Assembly (NCBI GenBank): GCA_030390025.1
Contig: CM059431.1
Coordinates: 112,654,001 to 112,718,000, forward strand
Direction of reading: 5' to 3'
From: Squalus acanthias
Lineage: Eukaryota
DNA length: 64,000 bases
Notes under the pieces: model-generated
Seen by the model: only the letters and a program-made list of their open reading frames with translations
What the model was told of the DNA's origin: nothing
Databases searched by the model: none
In this document: positions 52,046-64,000 of the stretch, in pieces
How positions within the stretch are numbered: the first letter of the stretch is position 1
Layout: the number at the start of each line of letters is the position of its first letter
Position numbers and translations under genes: made by a program

Positions 52046-52368
52046 TAATATAAGAAATAGGAGCAGGAGTAGGCCGTATGGCCCCTTGAGCCTGCTCCGG
52101 CATTCAGTAAGATCGTGGCTGATCTTCCCTCAACTCCACTTTCCAACCCTATCCCTTGATTTCCCTCCCTTAGTGCCCAAAAATCTATTATCTCAGTCTT
52201 AAATATACTTAATAACTGAGCATCGACAGCCCTCGGAGGTAGAGAATTCCAAAGATTCACTGAGTGAAGAAATTTCTCATCTCCGCCCTAAATGGCCGTC
52301 CCCTTATCCTGAGACTATGACCCTTAGTTCTAAACTCTCCAGCCAGGGGAAACAGCCTCTCAGCACCT
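52046..52368 (-). mobile_element. CR1 3' fragment
   Basis: NLWNSLPPRAVDAQLLSIFKTEI; same 3' UTR as 361-630. Confidence 0.88.
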
Positions 52369-52651
52369 AAAATACAACATTCATTCAGCTCTGTTCTTAT
52401 AATTCTCAATCCCATTTACCAGATATTTATCAAGTTGTTTTTTTTTTTAAAACAAGAGATCGCCAATATAAGGAGCAAAGAGTTTTTAACTGATATCATT
52501 GTCTTTCTAGTTACACGTTCTAACTGCAACTCTTCTCTTAGCTCAAAAGGTGTGACACTATTGACACCCATTAGACAGAGAGCTTTTGATGACAAGATTA
52601 ACAATTAGAATATACATTTGCAATACAGTAACAGTTTTATTTAGCACATAC

Positions 52652-52870
52652 CTTCAATTGACTGACGCAAGCTGGTTTATAAGGATGGTCGCTCTCCACC
52701 GCAGCATAATGGCTAGAAGTAGTACAAGCCGAGAGGCCTTGCTCAGGCTGATTCCCTGTTGCACTGTCTGTTGACTGATTTGGATTGAAGGCAGGCGGAG
52801 CATATTTCTGGTTTAATGTTGCGACTGGAGGCAGGAGCTCTTGTATAAGACCAAAAACTTCAACTGCAGC
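52652..52870 (-). CDS. MYCBP2: MYCBP2 exon (219 bp, 0-0)
   Basis: AAVEVFGLIQELLPPVATLNQKYAPPAFNPNQSTDS...VESDHPYKPACVSQLK. Confidence 0.95.
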
Positions 52871-52990
52871 CTATTAAAAAAAAAGCAAAATGGCATTCTG
52901 TAAAACTCAAAGAAATAATTCAGAGGATGAGAGTAAGCACATGATAATAAAAACAGCACTAAATATGTTGAAAGAAAGAGAATTACTTAC

Positions 52991-53091
52991 TTTTGGGACA
53001 TTAGCAGCCACTGGCGCAATGTAAGCCAAAATAAGCGGAAGCAGCATAGATAATAGACTGGAAGAGCTAAGTAGTTCTGGAATATCTTCAG
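52991..53091 (-). CDS. MYCBP2: MYCBP2 exon (101 bp, 1-0)
   Basis: EDIPELLSSSSLLSMLLPLILAYIAPVAANVPK; AG/GTAAG. Confidence 0.94.
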
Positions 53092-55153
53092 CTAAATAAA
53101 AATATAAACAGCTTTATCCATTCTTATAGTTTGTGAGTAAAACATGACAGTTTACTGATGTTAACACAAGTAAGTAGCATTATATAAAACATACTGCACA
53201 GAAAGATATTTGTTAACTAGCGAGCTGTACATTCTTGCTTCTCTGCAGGCAGACCCAGTTTCCTGACCGGTAGTGCGTATAATGACCATGGTTAATATTT
53301 CCGCTATTACGCCATAGATGCTTTTCCAATGTATCAAGATTTACTCACCAGCTAAACTGAGACTGCATCACCCAAATCAGTGTAATCAAAAGAAAGCTGC
53401 GATTAGAGATAAATGGAAGAGAAGCCCCAACGACTTTCTATGTCGAGTGCATTTAAATTTCGTTCAATCTATGTTGACCCAGCAGAGGGGACATACGGGT
53501 AGTGTGCTCCCTCCCTGCCTTTGGCAAATGCTGCTCTCAAGGAGGTGCACAAGGTGGACCTGCTGGGACCCACAGCGCACGGAATACTAATGAACAATAG
53601 TGCAGCTTTAATGCCTACATACCAAATTCTGATGGAATTGAAAGTTGGGTTTCAATAAAGCAGATCGCTTGTTTTAAAACAAGAAATTCCAGTTTCAGTA
53701 ACTTAAATAAAGTTAAGCTGGCAGGCGATACACAAGGGGTGCGCCTACAAATTTGCCCCACAGTAAAGGGTAAATTCAAAGAAAACTACCACATTTATCC
53801 AGTTTGTATTAAACTATAGTAAGCATTTCCAGGTTAGGTACAAAAAAGTACTTAAATAGGCTATTCATCCTTGGACATGCAACTTCTACATAAAAGTATG
53901 ATAATGCTGGACAGTGTCACTTTTAGAAACTTCAGAGGCTGAATGGTCAGGGATCATCCTCTATTCTGCTTTATGAAAGTCCTCATTCTGGGCCACACTA
54001 GCTCTTTCCCAGAGGCAGCAGCATTGAGATCCCAACAGGAAGAACACAAGGAACAAAACTAAATACAGCTACAATCCAGTTTAGAGGGATGCTATGGAGG
54101 ATTTTGTGTAAGTTCAACGACAAATACAATGCTTAATGTAGGCAATTTAACATTCATCCTATTTTACCGATCTCTAAATATAAACGAGAAAAACACAAAG
54201 TAGTACAAAAGCTGGGAGTAGGTGACTTGTATCCTTATAGTTTGGAACACAAAGCTCAAGTCAGTACAAAATAATGGCCCTCAGCTGGTTTCCATATGTT
54301 GACCAAGATGTGGCCACTGCACAAGCAAAATGAGGTTGCCAGGGAATAAATATAAGACCTTCTCCGCTACTGGATTGCTAACCTCATTTTAGCAATTAGT
54401 TTACCCAAGATCTCAATCCCAAATGAACTGACTGCACACATGGAATAAACTCTTTTCCCCTATCTACATGGTAGACAAGTGCCTCGATATATTGACTAAA
54501 CAATGGCAGAAAATAAGGTTCAGCAGCTATGATTTCCTGAAACAAATAAAGTTCACAAAAAACTTTAGCAAAAATTAAGGAAAGCTTGAGAACTGCACAA
54601 CTTGCATGTCAAATCACAAAGTGGATTTACCATTAAGGTGAGGTTTGCTAATCTCTTTGCCAAAACACTTGGCAAATGCTCATATTAGTTGTACAATTAA
54701 TATGAATATATAATTATTGCAATATATACATTTACAGATGTCAAAGTACCACTGAATTTATTTTAGTCTCAGCAGGATTTACAACATCTCACTTTTTCAT
54801 CTGTCCTGACAATTTTACGGAGCAGAATGTTCATATTTTTAGAAGAACATTGGATTCTTCCCCAACTATGCTGGTGCCCTTGAAAAATAACTTTCAAATG
54901 TCTTTTCATCTTGGGAGTAGACTGATGTGTAAAGTTTCAAACTTATTTTGCTTTGCATTTGATGAAATTAAGCTCAACAAGACTGCCACACTTGTTTAAC
55001 ACAGAACAGTTGGCAGCTGCCATAACTCACTTCCTTCAGACCAGTTCACCTGCCCAGCATAGGCCACATATTTTCCCCTTAAAATGTCCACATACAGTAC
55101 TATTGACAATGACTAACATTTCAAGTTACTGATTTAAGAAAATGCATACATAC

Positions 55154-55296
55154 CATCTACAGCTAGGGCCCTATGCAACAAATCCTTAGCCGCACGAACA
55201 ACTGCAGACACAACAGAAAGGGCTCTGCTGCAGTTTTTATCCTCCTCGTTGGCTTTGCTGAGCAGCTGCGATTGCAAATCTCCATCAAACTCACTT
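55154..55296 (-). CDS. MYCBP2: MYCBP2 exon (143 bp, 2-1)
   Basis: SEFDGDLQSQLLSKANEEDKNCSRALSVVSAVVRAAKDLLHRALAVD; AG/GTATG. Confidence 0.95.
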
Positions 55297-55644
55297 CTAA
55301 AAGTTAAACGGGTACATATTACTAGTGTGAAATACTTCATTAGATTTGATTCTCTGTACATTGTAATTCACCTAATCTATTTAAATCAGAACATTATTTG
55401 ACATGCCCTTTTGTACAAACCAGAAGCCAACCAGTCACTGCATTGAAGTAAAGAGGACTCACTACAACAACGAGAACAGCCAAGAAAATCCCTGAAGAGT
55501 TTACGCAAAACCTAACATTACAACCAGAGTCTGGATTTTAAAACTGCAGTTTTCCCCAGACAAAATGTGACCAATAGCACAGAGAGAAAAAAAAACACAA
55601 CCAGGAACAATGCTTTTAGTCAACACTAAGATATCAAATATATC

Positions 55645-56735
55645 TGGGCTCCGCAGTGGCTCCATGAGTTTACCTAGGGAGCCATACAGACTAAGAGGTC
55701 CCAGGTCTGATCCCCAGTGGGCTAGCTGATCTGAGTCATGGGACCATGTGTTAGAATTGGTGACAGCGCTCCTGGGTTAGGGAGGGAAAAAACTGCTCCC
55801 ACTCCTAATTGCTAATCAGCCACTCCTACTGTAAATGCACATGTATGGATGTCAGGTAAGGAGGTCTCCACCGTTGTTGTAATATTCAACTGCCTTTCTG
55901 TAGATCAGCCAGAACTTCCATCAACTAAACAATAACAAGGCCAAAGTCATCCAGTTCGGTGTGCACCATAAACTTCAAACCCTGGCCCTCGTCTCCCCAG
56001 CTGCTTGCTCAGGCCTCAACCAATGTGCAGCTGGTCTTGTTCAATCCCAAGCTGAGCTTTGCCCTACAAATCGAGTGCGCCCATTTCTACCTCAGATATT
56101 ACCCACTTCCATCATACCTCATTCCCATCACTCCTGAAACCCACAGTCATCCCTTTGTCACCTCCATGCTCCATTTATCTAAATGTTTCCACAACCAACA
56201 CCTTATAAAAACACCAACTCATCGAGACCTCTACCGTCTGTATCCTAACCTGTACTCTCAATCATCCCATCACCTGGTTTTGGCCATCTCCAATGGCCCA
56301 CCCTTCACCCAATGCATTAAATTAAAAATTCTCATCTACAAACCACACCATGGCCTCACTCCAACTTCTCCTCTGCAGCTTTCTTTATCCCAGCTCTCAC
56401 TCTGCTCTTGAATAAGGACTACTGCGTGTTCACACCTCCTCCTTCCATTCCACCATTGGTGCTAGAGCCTTCAGCGTCATGCTCTCTGCAATTCTTTTCC
56501 TAAAGTCCACCTTACTTTATCTGATCTACCTTGAGAAACCTTCTCGTCTTTAGTTACCTTCCAATTCTTCTCCCACCTCCTGTTGTAGGGCTTAGATCTC
56601 AGATCTCCATGGTTCAATAGCCTGCCAACACTCATAATTAGGGCTCACAAATGGTAGTCACTGGGGTGAGATTGCCTTGTATTTATGGAAACATATCCAA
56701 AGCTAAAGTCAACATTTTCAGGAGAGAATTGGACA
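55645..56735 (+). mobile_element. Family B SINE split by an L2 insertion
   Basis: Head at 55645-55860 matches 4000-4235; remainder resumes at about 56585. Confidence 0.5.
55865..56580 (+). mobile_element. Decayed L2 LINE 3' fragment
   Basis: FHQLNNNKAK (FLQLNxxKTE-like) and IKLKILIYKPHHGLTP (IxFKILxFKxLHGLAP-like). Confidence 0.65.
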
Positions 56736-57004
56736 ACGGGTTTCCTCTCTTTCAACCTCTTTCTCCCCCCCACTCCCCTCCAGTGATTATGAAACTACAT
56801 TGGAGATTTTAACTTTGATATTCAGACATGCACAAAGAATCAAAGGTCCATCTTAGTGAGATGAAGTTTAAACTTCTTAACCTCATCTGGCATCCACACA
56901 CAAGTCACTTTACCAACACTGGATAGAGATTAGACCAGAAGAAACCTGGTAATTATTCATCATCCTAACCCAGGGATGCAGAGGCCAACTATTGTTCTCT
57001 TACC

Positions 57005-57180
57005 ACTGGTCATCATCACATTGCTGTGTGAGAGAGCTTGCTGTGCGCAAATTGGCTGCCGTGATTCCTACATTACAACAGTGACTACACTTCAAAAGTA
57101 CTTAATTGGCTGTAAAGCACTTTGGGACGTCCTGTGGTCGTGAAAGGCGCTATATAAATGCAAGTCTTTCTTTTTTTTTT
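57005..57180 (+). mobile_element. SacSINE1 3' half, well preserved
   Basis: gcttgctgtgcgcaaattggctgcc...gtgaaaggcgctatataaatgcaagtctttc(T)n. Confidence 0.85.
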
Positions 57181-57639
57181 CCTTCATCATTGGCAGATCT
57201 GCAGTATTAGGCATGCATTTTCTGTTTTAATTTCATATCTTCTGCGTGCGCAGATTTCTCCCTCTCTTTCTCATGCTTGTACACAGACCTCTCTTGTATC
57301 CTTTCACTCTCCCCTCCAATCTTTTCACATTCTTTTGTCCTTTCTACATGTCTGCAGTATCTTACTGATGATCTTTCGTAGCCATCTTCTATTAAGCAGA
57401 GTGTAGGTCATTTAACAAGTTAACTCCCTCTGTGATTGGTGTATCCGTTGGCTCTCTGCCCCCAATTTCTATTTTTCCAACCTTACTAAAATGTCTATTT
57501 AACTCCTAGCCTTCATTCTGATGAAAGGTACATATATGAAATGTCATAAACCTTTTCTTTTTACAGATACTAACCATCTCTTTGTTTTTATTTTGGATTA
57601 TTTAATGACTTTGCAATTCAAGTATATTAAGCTAGAGGG

Positions 57640-57835
57640 AATAGGCAGTGCAGCAAATTAGCACACTGGCCTTTTACATCTAATGCCTGGTTTGGATCAA
57701 GTCTACCCAGACCGAAGGTCTCCTCTCTTACTGTTATCTGTAGGGTCTTCCACAAAACGAGTTTGGGCAGACAATCTAGTACTGAATTGGGATGAGTCCA
57801 CGATACAAAATTGTTCCTAGTTCAGTGAAAACTGA
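57640..57835 (+). mobile_element. LF-SINE-like relic
   Basis: Ordered blocks gccttttacatcta, cccag, aaacgagtttgg, gtccacgatacaaaa resemble the remembered LF-SINE consensus. Confidence 0.45.
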
Positions 57836-58336
57836 CATTATCTGTAAACAGACCATCCCAAACTACCAATTGTCGAATTGCAGCAAAATGTTTGTAGAAT
57901 TGTTTTTTTTTAAAATATATTAAAAAGACACATTTGGGGCAGTGAATAGAAGCGTTCGGCTTCCCAATCATGAGTTTCAATCCTAGTCTCGACTAATATT
58001 CTAGCTTGGTTACTTTCACAAGTTTAGAAGTTCTCACCCAGCTGCTCGAGGGAACACAAGACGGCTTCATACAAGGTGATCAAAAATCAGCAAGACTAAT
58101 TATATAATGCAAACTGCAATGCCTTTTAGTCATTCTTGGATAGGCTTTTTCATGCTAGGATGTATCTAAAGTTAAAATACAACTGGACTAGAATAACACA
58201 AAATGTCATGTAAAAGCAATAGCTACAGGTATTTATTGGTACTTGGAGTCTCCTTAGTAATACTGTTTCATAAATACAAAAAGGTACTGAATTATGTTGG
58301 AAAATCTTAATTTAAAAAGGATATATGTATTCTTAC

Positions 58337-58515
58337 CTATAATAAAGTACCTGAGGGATCTGACCTCGAGTCTGATTAGTTCCATTACTGCTGAGGCTAC
58401 AAGTACTAAAAGTGAATGTTACACCATCTGGGCATTGAATGGTAGTCATTCCTCCATCTCCATTTGCAGTGCGACTGCCATAGTTCCTTAGACGTACTGC
58501 ATATTTTACATTTTC
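58337..58515 (-). CDS. MYCBP2: MYCBP2 exon, end of PHR2 (179 bp, 0-2)
   Basis: ENVKYAVRLRNYGSRTANGDGG...SSNGTNQTRGQIPQVLYY, the PHR C-terminal GQIPxxLYY signature. Confidence 0.96.
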
Positions 58516-58748
58516 CTAGAAATGCAATATATTTAGTAGGCATTACACAGAACCTTAAAAACTAGGCACAAAATATATTAATGCTAGAAATCTGTAACAA
58601 AATAATTTCTCATGTAATAGTTCAAATCTGCATTTGTTTCAACGGCAAAAGTGCTGGCCCATTTGCTACAAAAACCTTAGGATACACTAAATGGGTTATC
58701 TAACCTTTTCAGAGCAAGGAGTATCTGCTCAAACATATTGCTTCCTAC

Positions 58749-58880
58749 CTTTAAAGGTACGGCTTTATCCAGTCTGATTTCTGCTGTGTCACTGGAGGAG
58801 TCATCAGTGCTGTAAGTCCCTTTTACTAGTTCTAAGGAAGTCCACCTGTGAGAATGTGCTGAATCACCAGTGTGCTCACT
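58749..58880 (-). CDS. MYCBP2: MYCBP2 exon, PHR2 (132 bp, 0-0)
   Basis: SEHTGDSAHSHRWTSLELVKGTYSTDDSSSDTAEIRLDKAVPLK; AG/GTAGG. Confidence 0.95.
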
Positions 58881-58992
58881 CTGTCAAAAAATATTCAATT
58901 ATAGTCAAGGGATCATTGGATTCCTCAGAATATAACGTTTACTCAAAAACACAACTATTTACTATTTCAAGTTAAAAACAAAATAAACTTAC

Positions 58993-59199
58993 ATCATCAA
59001 CCAACACTTCCAGCTCGTATTCATGAATGCCACCTCCTCCGTATACGTGGTACCCTACCACAACTACCCCAGGTTTGTCTACAGAAAAGCAGATTGCATC
59101 TGGCGACCCATTACCAGTGTTCCAACTTCGCCCTTGACTGGTTTTAATAAACCGGTTTGGTGTGGCTTTGACAGAATGGAGGGAACTCAATCCATCAAC
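58993..59199 (-). CDS. MYCBP2: MYCBP2 exon, start of PHR domain 2 (207 bp, 0-0)
   Basis: VDGLSSLHSVKATPNRFIKTSQGRSWNTGNGSPDAICFSVDKPG...ELEVLVDD; AG/GTAAG. Confidence 0.96.
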
Positions 59200-59717
59200 C
59201 TGTGAAAGAAACCAAGACGTTCAAAGAAGCTAGTCTTTAACCAAATACGGGTTTCTCCAGTCTTGCATAGTATTTACAGCACAGAAGCAGGCCATGGAAT
59301 ACAAAATGCTGAAAAAAAAGGCTTCTGAAGCCCCTGCCCAATCCCAAAAATAGCTTTGCATCAGTGGCATTTGATATATTTAGTTTTTATGCTTAATGTT
59401 ACAAGAACTAGAGGATAAAACAATGCATTACAAGATCGTGAAGAGTAATAAACTGAGGATAAAAAGCTTGTTATCTTTCGGTTTGAGAATTAAACCAAAG
59501 CCTTCAATTTCAGGGCCTAGCTTGCTAGATGATTTTCTTCCTCACTTTTTTGCTTCATTGTCCACCTGCCATCTCTGACTTGCATCTTCAACGTGTGGTA
59601 CAGGTTTAATAATTTTTTTCAAATGTGGATTTCTTGTAGCATTTCATTAATTCTTTATCGATATATAATTACAGCATTACATGTAATGCGTTGAGTGTGG
59701 CTACCTTGTTTGACTAA

Positions 59718-59735
59718 TATATATATATATATATA
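59718..59735. repeat. (TA)n microsatellite
   Basis: About 9 TA units seen directly. Confidence 0.8.
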
Positions 59736-59967
59736 CACCAGTGTTGTCTTAACTCAATATTTCTCAAACTTAACTGCAAAGATGATTCTGAAAATTGCTA
59801 CAATGTGCTCCACTTAGTACAACACTGAGTTAATATGTTGCTCACAAAAAAGTTATTTTCAGGCACAAGTACACAAAATTCATATGTTGTATAATATTAA
59901 ACTTCAAATAGTTCAGAAAGTCACAAAAGCCTGCTCTAAATATTTCAGCTCAGATCTGGACTCTTAC

Positions 59968-60159
59968 CTCAGATCCCAGTGCTGACGCAGTGAGTTCACT
60001 CACTATACTGGCAAGGAGACCACAAGTATTGGACACTAGGAGAGGAGAGAAGAGTTCTACCTCTCTTCTGAGACTCTTTCGAACTGGAAGCACTACAATG
60101 ACCAACATTTTTTCTAGCACTTCTCGAAAACTGGTCATACTTGTAATATTTTCTTCAAT
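59968..60159 (-). CDS. MYCBP2: MYCBP2 exon (192 bp, 0-0)
   Basis: IEENITSMTSFREVLEKMLVIVVLPVRKSLRRE...TASALGSE; AG/GTAAG. Confidence 0.95.
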
Positions 60160-60732
60160 CTAGGGGAAAATAGATCAAGATTTTATTACATATCCAAGAA
60201 TATCTGATTTTAGTTCATTTTAATGTTTACTATTTATTCACGCTCCTTTTAGCAGAATGCTCAGTACTCCCATATTTTAACAAGATGCATTGGGCCTCCA
60301 GGATTTCATCCATACCGTACCTGAATTATATATATATATTTTTTTTAAAAGTCTGTCAAAAATGTAGATTTTTTGAAACACTTTGGTGGGACCCCTGTGA
60401 ATTTGATTCGTGTTTCAAACTCAGATTTTGGCTAGCACAACTTCTGGTGTTTTACATGAGTGTGAGACAGTAAACTAAATTTTACAATTTCACATTAGTC
60501 ATCCAAATGGACAATTAATGTCAGTTGCTTTTGCAATAGCTGGAGTATCAAGATGCAGGAAATATGATCTACAGCATTTTTGTCAATAATACTTTTGTTG
60601 ATGTACATGGAGGGAGACTTAATTATGCATTATCCTAGTCCTGCTCAACTGGCTAATGTATTTTATAGTTCTTCAACCAAAAGGGGAACTCCTGAAATAC
60701 AACTAACAAAAACTTGTGTTTGCCTTTCTCAC

Positions 60733-60954
60733 CTGGCTGAGTTTCTCCATATGAGCCACTAATAGAGCAAATCTGTGAACCATGGCTGATTCATTCTCTG
60801 TGCTAGTCTGTTTCACCAAGGTCCGAAGCATCACCTCACCATCATAGGCAATGGGAAGGATTGTGGTCAGTTTGACTGACGAGTGGCAGAGTGCAGACAT
60901 GACTGCTGCAAGTAACCGACTACTCGATGTTTTGAAGTTAGCTTCCTGTATGTC
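60733..60954 (-). CDS. MYCBP2: MYCBP2 internal exon (222 bp, phase 0-0)
   Basis: ttag acceptor, GTGAG donor; encodes DIQEANFKTSSSRLLAAVMSALCH...MEKLSQ, matching vertebrate MYCBP2. Confidence 0.95.
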
Positions 60955-61327
60955 CTAATGAGAAAAAAAAAGATTAATTGCGAAGTATAAAAAATTAAAA
61001 ATTAACATGAAATTGTCCAGACTGCAGAAGATAAGACTACAGAGGCATTTTTTTTAAGAATCTGTTTTGATAATCCAACTGTCTACCATTAGATTACTAA
61101 AAAAATCACCATTGATATTCAAGCAGAATTCACCTCAAACAGATACTGGTTTAACTGTCAGAAATGAGCCCAGTAGTATTCTCCTTTACTCTATGCAAGT
61201 AGCAAACAAGCAAAAAAAAAAAATCACATTTAACATAAGACATCACAGAAACCAAAGTTTTCCAATGTCTCAGTGAAAATATATTAAAAGCAAAAAACCC
61301 AAACCAGCAATAGCATAAACCTGTCAA

Positions 61328-63320
61328 ACAGCTTGCATTTATATTGCACTTTTACATAGGAAAATGTCCCAGGGTGCTTCACATAAGCATTACCAAACAA
61401 AAATTGACATTGAGCCGAAGAAGGAGATACTAGGATGGGTGATAAGTTTAGTCAAAGAGGTAGGTTTTAAGGAGGAGAGAATGGTAAAGAGGCAAAGAGG
61501 TGTAGGGAGGGAATTCCAGCGCTAAGGGCAGCGACAGCTGAAGGTACGTCCACCAATGGTGTGGCAAAGGAAGTGGGGATGAGTAAGAGGCCAAAGTTGG
61601 AGGATCGATTGTAGGGCTGGAGGAGGTTAGAGATAGAGAGGGGCAAGGTCATGAAGGGTTTTGAACACGAGGATGAGAATTATAAATTTGAGGTGTTGGT
61701 GGACTGGGAGCCAATGTAGAGCATAGGGTTGATGGGTGAGCGGAAATGGATGCAGGATAGCATATGGGTAACAGAGTTTTGGATTAGCTCAAGTTTATTA
61801 AGCGTGGAGGATGGGAAGCCAACCAGGAGAGCATTGGAATAGCCGAGTCTTGGAATGTCAATATCATGAGGTTTTTGGCAGCAGATGGGCTGAGGCAGGG
61901 GCAGAGAAGGGCAATGTTACGGAGGTGGAAGTAGGTGGTCTTTGTGATGGAGAGGATTTGAGGCGAGAAGCACTGCTTGGAGTCAAACAGGACGCTGAGG
62001 TTACAAACAGTCTGGTTTATCCCAAGATGTTGGCCAGGGATGGGGATGGAATCGGTGGGGAGGGAAAGAATTTTGTGGGGGGAGTGAAGACTATCGCTTT
62101 GGTCGTCCCAATGTTTGGTTGCAAGAAATTGCGGCTCATTCAGGACTGGATGTTAGATAAGCAGGCCGACAGAGGCAGTGGTGGGGTCGAGAGAGGTAGA
62201 GCTGAGTGCTGTCAACTTACAAGTGGAACCTGATGTTATGTCTTCGGATGTCACTGTGGGGCAGCATGTAGATGAGGAATACAACAGGGGCAAGGATAGA
62301 TCCTTGGAGACTCTCCGGATGTAACGATGCGAGACGGGAAGAGAAGCCATTGCAGGAGATTCTCTTGCTATAATTGATAGTTAAGAGTGGAACCATCCGA
62401 GAGCAGTCCCACTCAGCTGGACAACGGAGAGGCATTGGAGAAGGATCGTGGGGTCAACCATGTCAAAGGCTGCAGAAAGGTCGTGAAGGACGAAGACGGA
62501 TAGTGCACCAAGTTCACAGTGGATGTCATTTGTGACTCTGATTAGGGAAAATCAGTGCTGTGGCAGGGATGGAAATTTGATTGGAGGAGAGGTTCAAACA
62601 TGAATTTACAGGAAAGGTGGGCATGCATTTGGGAAGAGACAACACAGTTAAGGACTTGAGTGGAAAGGAAGGTTGGAAATGGGGTGGTAGTTTGCAGGGG
62701 ACAGAGGGGTCAAGGGAGAGTTTTGAGGAAGGAGCTAATGATGGAGGTTCTGAAAGGGAGGGGGACAGTACGTGAGAAGAGGGAACTGCTTAAAATGTCG
62801 GATAGCATGGGGACCAGGAAGGGAAGTTGGGTGGTCAGCAATTTAGTGGGAATAGAGTTGAGAAACAAGGATGTGGGTCTCATGGACAAAATGGGCTCAA
62901 AAAGGGCACAAGGGGAGATAGGAGAAAAACTAGAGGAAGATACGGGTTCAGTATATATACTTGGGGAAAGTAAGGCTTGGCAGGCAAGGGGAAGGGGGTG
63001 ATGCAGCAGAACCAGTGACAATCAAGTCCAGGAGCTCCTCGCACTTGTTGTAGGTGAGAATGGAGGGGAAGGGTAGCTAGGTTTAGGGAGATGATTGATA
63101 GTGGAGAAAAGAAGCCAGAGATTACCTTTCATTCCAGGATGAGCCAGGAATAGTGAGCAGTTGTGGCACAGGAGAGCAGAGCTTGGTAGTTCTTGATATG
63201 GTCCAGCCAGATCTGGCGATGAATGTTTAAACTAGTTGCCCACCAAATACATTTAAGTCTGCGCCCCTTGGACTTAAGGGAGCAAAGATGAGGGCTGCAC
63301 CAGGGGCAATGGCCAAAACT
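61328..63320 (-). mobile_element. L2 LINE, 5'-truncated and decayed
   Basis: PTSLFLNSIPTKLL..PLPFRTSII, QGSILAPVVFLIYMLP, FHL*VDSTQLY (YADD site); 3' tail ataaatgcaag. Confidence 0.9.
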
Positions 63321-63882
63321 TAAGTTGGCACATTGTCAAAAACTGGTAAAGAATTTACCAACAGATGAAAGATTCCCTCTTCATCTTTGTCATGTAGGTT
63401 TTCATTTATCAGACTCCACTTGTACCACACTACCAGTCTCAGTTACTATGCAGAGTGGAGTGCAGCTGGTAAGACCAGAGCGGCTGAAAATTGCACTCTG
63501 TCTTAGGCATATGAAGAGCTCTAATCTGCAGCCACTACATTTTTTTGTTAGAAAAGTGCAAGTGGGAGCATCCACTTTCTCATAACATTGAAGACTCAAT
63601 ACTAGGTTCGCAGAGTGCACAGGAGATCACGCAGAGTATTTTTTCATCTAGAGTTGTACTCCGCATGGCGTCAAGTACAAACGATACAAGACTCCCTATA
63701 ACAGGCTCTCATACTATTTAGCTTTAGTGCATTCCAGAGATAAGCATCCAACTCGAGATAAACATCCTACTCCAAGAGTTATGCTGCCACTGGTGCATGT
63801 GCAAAATTACTTTACTTCAATGCAAAACTGTGGCATTAGTGATACAAAAATTTATAAATCAAAACTAGAATTTATAAAAAGA

Positions 63883-63915
63883 CATATACACATATACATA
63901 TATACATACATATAT
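63883..63915. repeat. CATATA/TACA simple repeat
   Basis: catatacacatatacatatatacatacatatat. Confidence 0.7.
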
Positions 63916-64000
63916 CTCACACACTAATTATATGTCTCCATTACAAGAGACTCACCAAATTTAGCTTTTGGCATAATGCAAAATCATTTTTATTCCAATA

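Noticed and set aside
1-64000. CRISPR arrays, operons or prokaryotic defence systems
   Set aside because: Vertebrate intron-exon DNA; no regularly spaced repeat-spacer array seen

Overview
Eukaryotic vertebrate DNA, almost certainly a cartilaginous fish (shark-type HE1/V-SINE, SacSINE1/Deu-SINE, CR1 and L2 repeats). The whole window lies inside one minus-strand gene, MYCBP2 (PAM/PHR1/Highwire/RPM-1 E3 ubiquitin ligase). I traced 31 GT-AG exons whose phases join into one continuous reading frame, from just before PHR domain 2 (about 60.9 kb) through the RAE1-binding/filamin region and the 1632-bp Ser/Pro-rich exon to 3.3 kb, plus one candidate 45-nt cassette exon. The start codon, DOC, RING and stop are outside the window. 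Introns hold layered transposon remnants: a decayed two-gene PIF/Harbinger (transposase plus Myb/SANT), many Harbinger MITEs, two Tigger/pogo-type elements, a solo LTR with intact TSDs, three LINE/SINE partner pairs, Penelope-like termini with degenerate hammerhead cores, and an LF-SINE-like relic. I found no demonstrably new biological system. The best leads are in the alternatively spliced zone at 16-33 kb (candidate microexon, possible decayed or poison giant exon, possible transposon-derived cryptic exon) and the solo LTR. Protein and repeat family assignments come from remembered sequences, not database searches.
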